Assembly: GCA_003212535.1 (NCBI GenBank)
Contig: QCPO01000002.1
Span: forward strand, 33,215 to 97,214
DNA length: 64,000 bases
DNA from: Prochlorococcus sp. AG-436-O11
Lineage (GTDB): Bacteria; Cyanobacteriota; Cyanobacteriia; PCC-6307; Cyanobiaceae
Direction of reading: 5' to 3'
The notes under the pieces were generated by a model that saw only the letters and a list, made by a program, of their open reading frames with translations, was not told the DNA's origin and did not search any database. Position numbers and translations under genes: made by a program. The stretch's first letter is position 1, and every line of letters begins with the position of its first letter. Shown piece after piece: positions 19,910-29,079 of this stretch.

Positions 19910-20152
19910 ATGAATTCTACAGAAGAGTTTTTACTTGATTCTTTTAAAGAAAAAACTATTGGGAATAGTGTTCACTTTACATGGTTTATTACAGATATTG
20001 GTGTGGTAGCGCTATTTAAATAAGCAAAAAATTTTCAAATCTATAATTCAAATGTTGAAATAGAGGCAAATAAAATATCTTTGGAGATAACCAAAGAGGA
20101 AAAAGAATATCTTCAAATTAATGATAAAAGACTTTTCTTATTCTACTCTTAG
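19910..20152 (+). pseudogene. 80-codon hypothetical gene with one internal stop
   Basis: MNSTEEFLLDSFKEKTIGNSVHFTWFITDIGVVALFK*AKNFQIYNSNVEIEANKISLEITKEEKEYLQINDKRLFLFYS*; TAA at 20021-20023. Confidence 0.6.
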
Positions 20153-20172
20153 TTTAAGTAAGGTTATACGAG

Positions 20173-20363
20173 TTAATTTGATGGCTCAAGTTGAAATCAT
20201 TGCTCTTTAATATTCTTTTCGCTTATTATTTCATAAGTGATTTCATCATTGAGAGCATTTATATAAGATGTATATAATTTTCCCAAACAAATTCAAAGTC
20301 ATCTTTACTTAAATTCTTAAAGAGAATTTCCCCTTTGAAGTAAATGTGATATGAATCAATCAT
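20173..20363 (-). pseudogene. Frameshifted small hypothetical gene
   Basis: MIDSYHIYFKGEILFKNLSKDDFEFVWE, then a one-base shift restores KLYTSYINALNDEITYEIISEKNIKEQ*FQLEPSN*. Confidence 0.5.
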
Positions 20364-20454
20364 TATAGAAAATTATTCTTTCCTTTTTTAGCTCAAATCT
20401 TTAGGTATATAGTATTACCTGCTACTGATTTGTATTATTACGTCAGAATAAATT

Positions 20455-20766
20455 TTAAACAATACGAGTATTCATATTTTGTTTTTTGAATAACCCTACG
20501 GTCTCCTCAAGATCCATGCATGGCTGAATATTGATATCCATTAGTCTTCTCCAAGGGTGCCATTGCTTCCAAATTGTCTCAAGAGAATCTGCAGTTACTA
20601 CTGAATGACCAATACCATTTTGCACCATAAAAACCCAAGAATGAACCTCATAATTTTCTGGTCTGTTTTGAGGACCTCCTGATTCATACCAATTTATAAG
20701 CATTTCTGCTCCTTCTTCTTGATCCTCTCCATCAGCAAATTCGTAGGAAATCAAATACCTTTGCAT
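20455..20766 (-). CDS. DUF3303 family protein
   Basis: YLISYEF, WYESGGPQNRPENYEV, VVTADSLETIWKQWHPW, QPCMD. Confidence 0.8.
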   Translation of the reverse strand: MQRYLISYEFADGEDQEEGAEMLINWYESGGPQNRPENYEVHSWVFMVQNGIGHSVVTADSLETIWKQWHPWRRLMDINIQPCMDLEETVGLFKKQNMNTRIV

Positions 20767-21054
20767 TTAAATAAATATTTAAATAATTTATTAATTTTAA
20801 CTCGTCAACTAAATATTTCATTTTAGTGTTATGAATGCTAAAAATTTTATAGAAGTTATTTTCTTAAAGGATTCAAATAATTGTAAAAATTAAAAAGAAT
20901 ATTTTTAGTAAAATCTTTATTATAAATAAAAGAATTATGGGCTATTTCCAAAAACATGATTTTATGTATAAATTAACCTATTAGAAAAAAAATTATTAAC
21001 TATATTTAAATAACTAATAAAATTAGTTATCATAATCTTGTCCAAATAAATTTT

Positions 21055-21438
21055 ATGGTAAATAAAAAAGATAATCTTGACCCAATAGATAACTTAGAAT
21101 ATGAAAAAGTTCTTGAAGAAGAAATAATTAATTCATTTGAAAATAAATTCCAAAGTGATGCTGAATCCGACAAACAAAAAATTAAATTTTACAGACTTAA
21201 AAGGACAATATTAGAGGTATCTAATAGGTTATTTTTCTTTTGTTTCATTGGAAGTTTTTTATTTTCTTTCTTTTTAGCTTTTTCAGAAAATAAGGTATGG
21301 TTCATACTTTACTTAATCAGCGGGTTCTCATGTATCTTTTATACTCCTAATAGAAAAGCACTTAAGGAATTAATAGCAGCCTGGCCCAACATAGAAGATC
21401 TCATTAAAGGTAGAAGTTTATATAGAAAAAGGAAATAG
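21055..21438 (+). CDS. Conserved membrane hypothetical protein
   Basis: 127 aa, two TM helices, YTPNRKALKELIAAWPN. Confidence 0.7.
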   Translation: MVNKKDNLDPIDNLEYEKVLEEEIINSFENKFQSDAESDKQKIKFYRLKRTILEVSNRLFFFCFIGSFLFSFFLAFSENKVWFILYLISGFSCIFYTPNRKALKELIAAWPNIEDLIKGRSLYRKRK

Positions 21439-21529
21439 ATTATGAATCCAATTAATTCCTTTAAAAAGTGGCATTAAATATTTTAGTTCCATATATTTAA
21501 GGCACTAAAAAGAAAAGAATTAATAAAAA

Positions 21530-21649
21530 ATGAGTGTGACAAGTTCAGGAATTATTATTGAGATCTTTTTCTTAGGAGTAGTAATTTTATGGATTAGTAA
21601 ACAAAATATTAAACAGAATAGACAAACTTCTTTGTCAGAAAAAAAATAA
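21530..21649 (+). CDS. 39-aa single-TM microprotein
   Basis: MSVTSSGIIIEIFFLGVVILWISKQNIKQNRQTSLSEKK*. Confidence 0.45.
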   Translation: MSVTSSGIIIEIFFLGVVILWISKQNIKQNRQTSLSEKK

Positions 21650-21779
21650 AAAATCTAAAATTTTAGGAATTTGGGATAGAAATTCTTCATCAAGATCCTT
21701 CTATCTGATAATGATTGATATTTCCCCTCTCACTTTGTATGAGTAATCAGTTAGAACATCTAAATACGTTTCAAATAAA

Positions 21780-22133
21780 ATGTTTCAATCTATTCAAGGT
21801 CTTGCTCCAATAACCAATCCTTTAAATAGTGTCTTAATAGAAAAGGAATTAGTAAATATCGATCAAAAATTTGATCAGCTCGTTTCTTTAGCAGAAGGAT
21901 TGCCTCGCACAGAAGTTATCGAAAATGGTAAAAATTATTGGAGAGGTATTTGTAGGAGCTTAATTTTTAGATTTCCAGATGATCTTGAAATTTTAAAGCT
22001 GGAGAGAAGAAGTCTTGTAAACAGATCCAAAGGCATAATTCAAATAAGATCTGCTGCTAGATTAGGTCAATCAGATTTGGGAGTTAATCTTAGAAGAGTA
22101 GAATATTTGTTTAATCAACTAGAAAATCTATAA
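21780..22133 (+). CDS. DUF1499 family protein
   Basis: RSLIFRFPDDLEI, IQIRSAARLGQSDLGVNLRRV. Confidence 0.85.
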   Translation: MFQSIQGLAPITNPLNSVLIEKELVNIDQKFDQLVSLAEGLPRTEVIENGKNYWRGICRSLIFRFPDDLEILKLERRSLVNRSKGIIQIRSAARLGQSDLGVNLRRVEYLFNQLENL

Positions 22134-22211
22134 TTAAACTGAATTTTTATAAAATCAAGGTTCTTTTTACTAGATAGTTGTGGTTTAATTCGTAGGAATA
22201 TAAGAAATGCC

Positions 22212-22343
22212 ATGGTGAAAATAATTTTAGTTGCAATTATTGTCGCTCTTGTATACTCTCAGCCTGATCTTCGTCTTACAGTTGCTGATTGGTTAAGGAC
22301 AGCTTCCGATTTCCTAATTGAATCTGTACAAGTTAAACCTTGA
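22212..22343 (+). CDS. 43-aa membrane microprotein
   Basis: MVKIILVAIIVALVYSQPDLRLTVADWLRTASDFLIESVQVKP*. Confidence 0.55.
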   Translation: MVKIILVAIIVALVYSQPDLRLTVADWLRTASDFLIESVQVKP

Positions 22344-22483
22344 ATAGATTTTTAATAAAGAACAAAATAAGACCTGAAATACTAATCATCTGTTTAATTC
22401 AAACAGCTACAAAAATAAATAGTTTTAGCCACATATTAGGAAAATTCTTTGAAATTTCTGAATAGTTAACGATAATAGGAAAT

Positions 22484-23539
22484 ATGAAGCTTAGATTATT
22501 TGAATTCTATTTTCTAAAAGACTATTTAAGGCCTTGGATAGGTCTTATTTATTCTTTATTCTTTCTGTTTTTTTTAGGTGCAATAGGCTATCGAATAACG
22601 GAGGGATGGGAATGGAGTGACTGCTTATGGATGGTTCTCATAACAATAACCACAATTGGTTTTGGAGAAGTGCAACCCTTAAGTCCTGAAGGCAGAATCA
22701 TTACTGTTTTGATAATCGTTGGCGGATTGATATTTATTCAATTTACCTTTCAGAAAGCTGTACGATTATTCGAATCCGGCTATTTTCAAAGAGTAAATGA
22801 ATTACGTTTTAAAAGAATTCTTAGAAAAATGGAAAATCATGTAATTTTGTGCGGTTATGGGAGGGTAGGTCAGGAAATATCTAACCAAATAAAAACACAA
22901 AAAATCCCTATTGTTGTTGTAGAAAGTGACGAAGGTAGAATAAAAATTGCGCAAGAGAATGGTTTAGAAGCACTTTGTGCGGATGCAACTCTTGATGAAA
23001 CCTTAAAACTAGCAGGATTAGAAAAATGTAAAAGTTTGGTTGTTACCTTACCTAATGATGCTTCTAATTTATACGTGGTTTTAAGTGCTAAAGGGATAAG
23101 AAGTTCTATTAGGGTAATTGCAAGAGCTGGAACTGAAGAGGCTGCAAGTAAATTAAGATTAGCTGGCGCAAGTATAGTTGTAAGTCCTTATATTGCTGCA
23201 GGAAGAGCAATGGCATCAATGGCTTTAAGACCAATAGCCATTGACTTTCTTGACTTGCTTGCAGGAAGTGAATGTGAAATAGAAGAATTTGAACTAAGTA
23301 ATGATATTAGTCTTTTTGAAACTGCAGAGAAAAGATCACTTTCTGAACTTGGAATAGGAAAAAAAAGTGGTGCAAAAATATTAGCTATTAAAGAAAATGA
23401 AAAGTTAGTAACCAATCCTGGAGGCGATTTTTTACTGCAACCAGGACAGGTATTAATTGCATTTGGTAGCAAAGAACAGTTAAATATTTTAAAAGGTTTG
23501 TTGGGTAACCTTGTTGTATCAGTAGAACCTTTAAAATAG
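22484..23539 (+). CDS. Potassium channel with RCK (TrkA-N/TrkA-C) domains
   Basis: TITTIGFG selectivity filter, CGYGRVG Rossmann motif, C-terminal TrkA-C. Confidence 0.92.
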   Translation: MKLRLFEFYFLKDYLRPWIGLIYSLFFLFFLGAIGYRITEGWEWSDCLWMVLITITTIGFGEVQPLSPEGRIITVLIIVGGLIFIQFTFQKAVRLFESGYFQRVNELRFKRILRKMENHVILCGYGRVGQEISNQIKTQKIPIVVVESDEGRIKIAQENGLEALCADATLDETLKLAGLEKCKSLVVTLPNDASNLYVVLSAKGIRSSIRVIARAGTEEAASKLRLAGASIVVSPYIAAGRAMASMALRPIAIDFLDLLAGSECEIEEFELSNDISLFETAEKRSLSELGIGKKSGAKILAIKENEKLVTNPGGDFLLQPGQVLIAFGSKEQLNILKGLLGNLVVSVEPLK

Positions 23540-23638
23540 ATATTTTAAGAAAAAAAATCAAAAATTCTTGATATATTGATTATAAAATCTTATTTATTTA
23601 TTAAATGCTATAAATAAATTATCTTTAGTACTTTTATT

Positions 23639-24604
23639 ATGAGCATTTTAAAAAAAGCTCTTATTGGATGTTCTTAATTTGCTCTAACGGCTTGTGGATC
23701 TCCTAGTGTCAGATTAAGTGGGGCAGGTGCAACATTTCCTGCAAAAATATATACAAGATGGTTCTCTGATTATGCGAAATCAGGAGGAACAAAAGTTAAT
23801 TATCAAGCAGTAGGTTCAGGCTCTGGAAGAAAGGCTTTTATTGATGAAACTGTAAATTTTGGTGCTTCTGATGATCCAATGAAAGAATCAGACATTGCAA
23901 AAGTTAAAAGAGGTTTGGTTCAAATACCAATGGTAGGAGGCACTATCGCCTTTGCCTATAACTATGATTGCGATCTGAAACTAACTCAAGAGCAAGCTGT
24001 TCAAGTTTCAATGGGAATGATAAAAGACTGGAAGAAATTGGGTTGTAAAAAAGGAAAATTAACTTGGGTGCATCGTTCAGATGGCTCTGGTACCACAAAA
24101 GCCTTTACTAATTCAATGCAAGCTTTTTCCTCAAGATGGACTTTAGGAACAGGTAAATCTGTTAAATGGCCATCCGGCGTTGGTTCTAAGGGAAATGCAG
24201 GCGTATCAGGAGTAATTCAAAATACTCCAGGTACTATTGGTTATGTTAACCAGTCTTATATAAAGGGAAATGTTAAAGCAGCGGCTTTGGAAAATCGTTC
24301 AGGTCAGTTCATTTTTCCAAGTTCAGAATCTGGAGCAATAGCTTTAAACGGCATTACTCTTGATGAAAACTTAGCTGGTACCAATCCAAACCCTAAGTCT
24401 AAAGGTGCTTATCCCATTTCAACCTTGACATGGATTCTTGCTTATCAATCTGGGAATGGTAGAAATACTAACGCTTTGCGGGAAACTTTTTATAAATTAC
24501 TTAGTGAGGAATATCAATCAAAAGCATCCGAACTTGGATTTATCCCTTTAAAAGGACAAATTCTAGAAAAATCCATCGATGCTATTGGCAGAATAGGAAA
24601 CTAG
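23639..24604 (+). pseudogene. pstS: Phosphate-binding protein PstS with premature stop at codon 13
   Basis: ATG 23639 MSILKKALIGCS*FALTACGSPSVRLSGAGATFPAKIYTRWF...NYQAVGSGSG...FGASD in frame with ORF 23879-24604 (HRSDGSGTT); TAA at 23675-23677. Confidence 0.85.
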
Positions 24605-24784
24605 ATGGGGCTAATACAAATTAGAATTAGATTTATTATCAGATTTCAAAAATTGGATGAGTCATTTGATTCAAACATTATTGAATAAGAGAACTTGTGA
24701 ATAATCAAATATCAAATTTTTTTTATTTTTTTGAAAGTCTTTTGGCTCATTTAGTAGTAGATTTATAGAGATATTCTTTTTTTA

Positions 24785-25732
24785 ATGGAAGAGAAATTAA
24801 CTCTTTTCAAGAATCGTAAAAGATTCGGTATCGAAAAAAATATAGATATTATCTTCAAGAATGCTTCTCTAGTATTGTCTAGTTTCGTAGCAATAATACT
24901 TTTAGGAATTATTTTAGTAGTCTTTTTTCAGTCATTTGAATCCTTTTCAAGGTATGGCTTGAAGTTTTTAGTAACCTCTGATTGGAATCCAGTAAAAGAT
25001 GAATATGGAGCTTTTACTGCAATATATGGCACATTAGTAACCTCATTTCTTTCGATATTAATAACTATTCCTTTGGGAGTTGGAACTGCAATATTTATTA
25101 CCGAGGACTTTGTGCCGAAAGTTTTCAGAGAAATAATAGGTTCCTTTGTTGAATTATTGGCAGCTATACCATCAGTTGTATTGGGCCTTTGGGCAATATT
25201 TGTTATGGAACCTTTTTTTAGAGCCTTTTTTGTCTTTTTACATAGTTTCTTTGGATGGATACCTTTATTCAGTACGGAACCTACAGGTAGGAATTCACTT
25301 TTGGCGATATTGATTTTAGTTGTAATGCTTTTGCCAATAGTTACTGCAATAGCAAGAGATTCTCTTAATCAAGTTCCCAAAAAGTTAAGAAATGCAGCCT
25401 ATGGGATTGGAGCCAGTAGATGGAAAACAATATTTTCAGTAATTTTGCCAGCGGCATTATCAGGAATTATGGCAGGTGTTCTTTTGGCCTTAGGAAGGGC
25501 CATGGGAGAAACTATGGCTGTAACAATGATTATTGGTAATTCTAATGCCTTTAGTTTATCACTATTGTCACCTGGATATACTATTTCTTCAATGCTCGCA
25601 AATCAGTTTGGTGAGGCTGACGGAAGTCAGGTTTCATCACTCTTTTACGCTGCTTTTGTACTTATGATCTTGTCATTGGTAGTGAATATCTTTGCTCAAT
25701 GGCTAGTTAAGAAATTTAGTCTCAAATATTAG
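24785..25732 (+). CDS. pstC: Phosphate ABC transporter permease PstC
   Basis: WNPV, LAAIPSVVLGLW, GRAMGETMAV. Confidence 0.96.
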   Translation: MEEKLTLFKNRKRFGIEKNIDIIFKNASLVLSSFVAIILLGIILVVFFQSFESFSRYGLKFLVTSDWNPVKDEYGAFTAIYGTLVTSFLSILITIPLGVGTAIFITEDFVPKVFREIIGSFVELLAAIPSVVLGLWAIFVMEPFFRAFFVFLHSFFGWIPLFSTEPTGRNSLLAILILVVMLLPIVTAIARDSLNQVPKKLRNAAYGIGASRWKTIFSVILPAALSGIMAGVLLALGRAMGETMAVTMIIGNSNAFSLSLLSPGYTISSMLANQFGEADGSQVSSLFYAAFVLMILSLVVNIFAQWLVKKFSLKY

Positions 25733-25738
25733 ATAATT

Positions 25739-26632
25739 ATGAATTCACTTTATTACCAGAAAAAATTATCAAGAAATATAGGAGATAAATTCTTTACTTC
25801 TTTATCAGTAATTTGTGCACTGATAGCAATACTTCCTTTGATTTTTCTAGTTACTTTTATTCTTATTAAAGGTGGATCTCAAATTACACCAGAACTATTT
25901 ACTTTAGAACCAAATCCTCCCGGAGACGATTTAGATGCAGGAGGTATTAATCCTGCATTAATAGGGACATTAATAATCAGTACCATTGCTTCAATCATTT
26001 CAATACCTGTAGGTGTTGGAGGTGGGATATATCTGGCTGAATATTCAAAAGGCGGTTCTTTTTCTAAATTTATTAGATTTGGAGTTAATGTTCTTGCGGG
26101 AGTACCCTCAATAATTGCTGGTGTATTTATTTATGCGTTAATTGTTTCATCAAAGATTTTATTTGGAAGTATGTACAGCGGCCTGGCGGGAGGAATGGCC
26201 CTTTCAATATTAATGCTGCCCACAGTAATTAAAACAACTGATGAAGGGTTAAAGTTAGTACCGAATGAGTTAAGGTATGCTTCTCTTGGTGTTGGTGCAA
26301 GTATGTATACAACAATATTAAAAGTTACGCTTCCTTCTGCCTTTAGGTCTATTGCAACTGGAGTTGTACTTGGTATAGCAAGAGCAGCAGGAGAAACAGC
26401 ACCTTTGATTTTTACTGCTTTATTCTCTTATTACTACATAACAGGATTTGGAGACTTGTTCTATGAGATGGGATCTCTAGCTGTTTTGATTTACAATTTT
26501 GCTCTTGAACCGTATGATGCTCAAAATAAACTTGCCTGGGCAGCTTCCTTTATTCTTGTTTTATCTATACTATCTGTAAATATATTCTCTAGGATATTAG
26601 CTTCTATTACAGAAAAAACTAAGAGAGTATAA
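25739..26632 (+). CDS. pstA: Phosphate ABC transporter permease PstA
   Basis: YLAEY, GVPSII, ARAAGETAPL. Confidence 0.96.
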   Translation: MNSLYYQKKLSRNIGDKFFTSLSVICALIAILPLIFLVTFILIKGGSQITPELFTLEPNPPGDDLDAGGINPALIGTLIISTIASIISIPVGVGGGIYLAEYSKGGSFSKFIRFGVNVLAGVPSIIAGVFIYALIVSSKILFGSMYSGLAGGMALSILMLPTVIKTTDEGLKLVPNELRYASLGVGASMYTTILKVTLPSAFRSIATGVVLGIARAAGETAPLIFTALFSYYYITGFGDLFYEMGSLAVLIYNFALEPYDAQNKLAWAASFILVLSILSVNIFSRILASITEKTKRV

Positions 26633-27442
26633 ATGATTAAAACTAATAAAAAAATACAAAAGAATATTATTCTATCTCTTGAGAATGTTTCTATAAGTTA
26701 TGGAAAGTTTGAAGCCGTAAGAAATATTTTTTGCAATTTTAAAAAAGGAAATATAACATCTCTTATTGGCCCTTCAGGTTGTGGTAAATCGACTGTTCTT
26801 AGATCTTTAAATAGAATGAACGATTTAATCCCTAATTGTTCACTGAAAGGGACTGTAACCTTTAATGGTACTAATATTTATGACACAAGAGTAGATCCAG
26901 TTGAAGTAAGAAGAAGAATTGGAATGGTTTTTCAACAACCTAATCCTTTCCCTAAATCTATATATGAAAATATTGCATTTGGTGCAAGAATTAATGGCTT
27001 CACTGGAGATATGGATGATTTAGTCGAGAGTTCGCTAAAAAAAGCAGCTTTATGGGATGAGTGCAAGGATAAACTGAATGACAGTGGTTATTCGTTGTCA
27101 GGAGGACAACAGCAAAGATTATGTATCGCGAGAACTATAGCAATTGAACCTGAAATAATTTTAATGGATGAGCCTTGTTCAGCCTTGGATCCAATCTCCA
27201 CTTTAAAAATAGAGGAAACTATGCATGAACTTAAGAAGAATTACACAATAATAATCGTTACTCATAATATGCAACAGGCCTTAAGAGTTAGTGATATGAC
27301 TGCATTTTTCAATGCAATAGAATATGAAGATGGAGATGGTGGTAAGGTTGGCTATCTTGCAGAATTTAATTCAACAAAGAAGATATTTAATTCTCCCAAA
27401 GAAAAAATTACTCAGGAATATATATCTGGTAAATTTGGTTAG
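26633..27442 (+). CDS. pstB: Phosphate ABC transporter ATPase PstB
   Basis: [46 protein letters not shown]. Confidence 0.97.
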   Translation: MIKTNKKIQKNIILSLENVSISYGKFEAVRNIFCNFKKGNITSLIGPSGCGKSTVLRSLNRMNDLIPNCSLKGTVTFNGTNIYDTRVDPVEVRRRIGMVFQQPNPFPKSIYENIAFGARINGFTGDMDDLVESSLKKAALWDECKDKLNDSGYSLSGGQQQRLCIARTIAIEPEIILMDEPCSALDPISTLKIEETMHELKKNYTIIIVTHNMQQALRVSDMTAFFNAIEYEDGDGGKVGYLAEFNSTKKIFNSPKEKITQEYISGKFG

Positions 27443-27545
27443 TTTTGTTTTGCTAAAAAAAGTAAGAAATTAATACCAGAGAAACAAAAGAGTAGACAAA
27501 AGGTATAAATACCTATATAGTTGTTTAGAATTAGTAAGTTTCAAC

Positions 27546-27635
27546 TTGAACAATTATCCTTTACTACCTTTCTTGATATTTGCAGGAGCCTTAATTACAA
27601 CTGCCACTATTGGGTTACCAGTTTTTACTTCATAA
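27546..27635 (+). CDS. 29-aa hydrophobic microprotein
   Basis: TTG start, MNNYPLLPFLIFAGALITTATIGLPVFTS*. Confidence 0.4.
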   Translation: MNNYPLLPFLIFAGALITTATIGLPVFTS

Positions 27636-27828
27636 TATTAAAAATTATTTGATTTAAAATGATCCTATAATTTCTATAATAAAAAGATTTAATTGGAAGT
27701 CCTCATAAAACAATAATAAGAGGAAATATATTTGACTTTATAAAAAATAGAGAGAATATGAATATGTGTGTGAGTGAGATATTTGCTTTTAAAACTACAT
27801 CTAGTGTGTTTTTTTAATTAAATTTTTT

Positions 27829-27975
27829 ATGGATAAAACTAAAGAACAATTAGAAAAACTTAGAGAAGTCGCAGAGGCTTCTTTAACAAAGACAGATGAA
27901 CTTCAGAAAGTTCTTGCACAAATTGAAGCTCTTATGTCCAGAGAAGAATCACAAACGCTATTAAAGAAAAAATAA
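27829..27975 (+). CDS. 48-aa coiled-coil microprotein
   Basis: MDKTKEQLEKLREVAEASLTKTDELQKVLAQIEALMSREESQTLLKKK*. Confidence 0.65.
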   Translation: MDKTKEQLEKLREVAEASLTKTDELQKVLAQIEALMSREESQTLLKKK

Positions 27976-28015
27976 ATACTAAATTTCATATTATTTTTGT
28001 ACTTTTTATTACATC

Positions 28016-28051
28016 TGCTTCATTAAATCATTCTTATTAATTAATGAAGCA
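28016..28051. repeat. 11-bp inverted repeat between convergent genes
   Basis: TGCTTCATTAA / TTAATGAAGCA with a 14-nt loop. Confidence 0.5.
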
Positions 28052-28157
28052 AAACCCGTTCCAATGATTTCTGTTAGGTCTAGAGGTCTTACCTTCTAAA
28101 TTTTAAATACCTCTTTATATGTATTTTTATTTATTTTATAAATATCTTGTTTAATTA

Positions 28158-28463
28158 TTAGTTAATTACCTTATTGATTTCTTTCTTGCAAATATTTACA
28201 TCAAATAATTCGGTATTTATAATCTCAAGCCCTGTTTTTTCTGTAACTTTAACAGTAGCATGACATTCATCTTGTTTAAGAGCCATATAGCTTGGATTTT
28301 TATTATTTAAATCTAATTTGATTTCTGCATCTTCAGTATTTTTTTTATATTGTTCCATTACCAGTGTAAGAGCCTCTATCTCAACAGAAAAGTTCTCATT
28401 AGCTTTCAAAACAAAAGGAGTAAAAAGTATTTCAAATAATATAAAAGGTATTAATTTTTTCAT
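28158..28463 (-). CDS. Secreted hypothetical protein
   Basis: MKKLI..hydrophobic..LKA signal peptide; Cys pair. Confidence 0.6.
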   Translation of the reverse strand: MKKLIPFILFEILFTPFVLKANENFSVEIEALTLVMEQYKKNTEDAEIKLDLNNKNPSYMALKQDECHATVKVTEKTGLEIINTELFDVNICKKEINKVIN

Positions 28464-28695
28464 TTCTACAAAATATGTTTATTTTTTTTATAACGTGGAT
28501 TTTCTGATAAAGAAAGGTTCATAGTAGATTTTTGTTCCTTTTTGTTTATTCTTTTGATAAAGAATTTAATTGCATTTAGTAAAAGATAATTGATAAAAAT
28601 GATAAGTGAGACCGTTTATATATAAATTAGTATTTTTTTATTAAATATTTAATTACCATTGGCAATATTTAATTTCTATTTCTACTGTGGTTAAT

Positions 28696-28983
28696 TTAAG
28701 ATTTACCTATAAGTCTATTTGGAAAATAACCTTGTGTTCTTTTAATATCCACTTTTTTTAATTTAGTCTTTGTTTTAACTTGACTTGTGTTTAAATCAAT
28801 TATTTCTTGAGAAGCGTTTTTGCCGTTTTCGAAATAACTTTTTACTCTTATTAAATCATCTTTATTTAATCGTTTCGTTGCTCCTTTTGCATTTATGCCG
28901 AGAGTTTGGCAAGCTAGTATAACTTTATCACTATCAACATTAAGTTCCTTTGCAATAGAGTAAATAGGAGTGTTTAAAGCCAT
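28696..28983 (-). CDS. IF-2 N-terminal-domain-like small protein
   Basis: IYSIAKELNVDSDKVILACQTLGINAKGATKRL matches the IF2_N pattern. Confidence 0.75.
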   Translation of the reverse strand: MALNTPIYSIAKELNVDSDKVILACQTLGINAKGATKRLNKDDLIRVKSYFENGKNASQEIIDLNTSQVKTKTKLKKVDIKRTQGYFPNRLIGKS

Positions 28984-29079
28984 TATTTCATCAGATAAAC
29001 TATTTTTATTATATCTTTATTGATTAATAAATCATTAAAGATGCAATTATTTTCAAATTAATATTTTTTCAATTTAATT

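Noticed and set aside
21706-21724. Fur-box-like GATAATGATTGATATTTCC upstream of the DUF1499 gene
   Set aside because: Only about 13/19 match with a poor second half-site, and no iron-related gene nearby.
15780-23677. Idea that TAA is recoded or read through, since several island genes have in-frame TAA
   Set aside because: TAA is the normal stop for most core genes here, and neighbouring relics also carry frameshifts and TAG/TGA stops. Decay or sequencing error is simpler.
23879-24604. 241-aa ORF treated as a complete standalone pstS
   Set aside because: Homology continues 80 codons upstream in frame through a single TAA, so it is reported as an interrupted full-length gene.
27760-27815. 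Possible Yfr2-family sRNA (GTGTG start)
   Set aside because: The hallmark GGAAACA repeats and terminator hairpin are absent.
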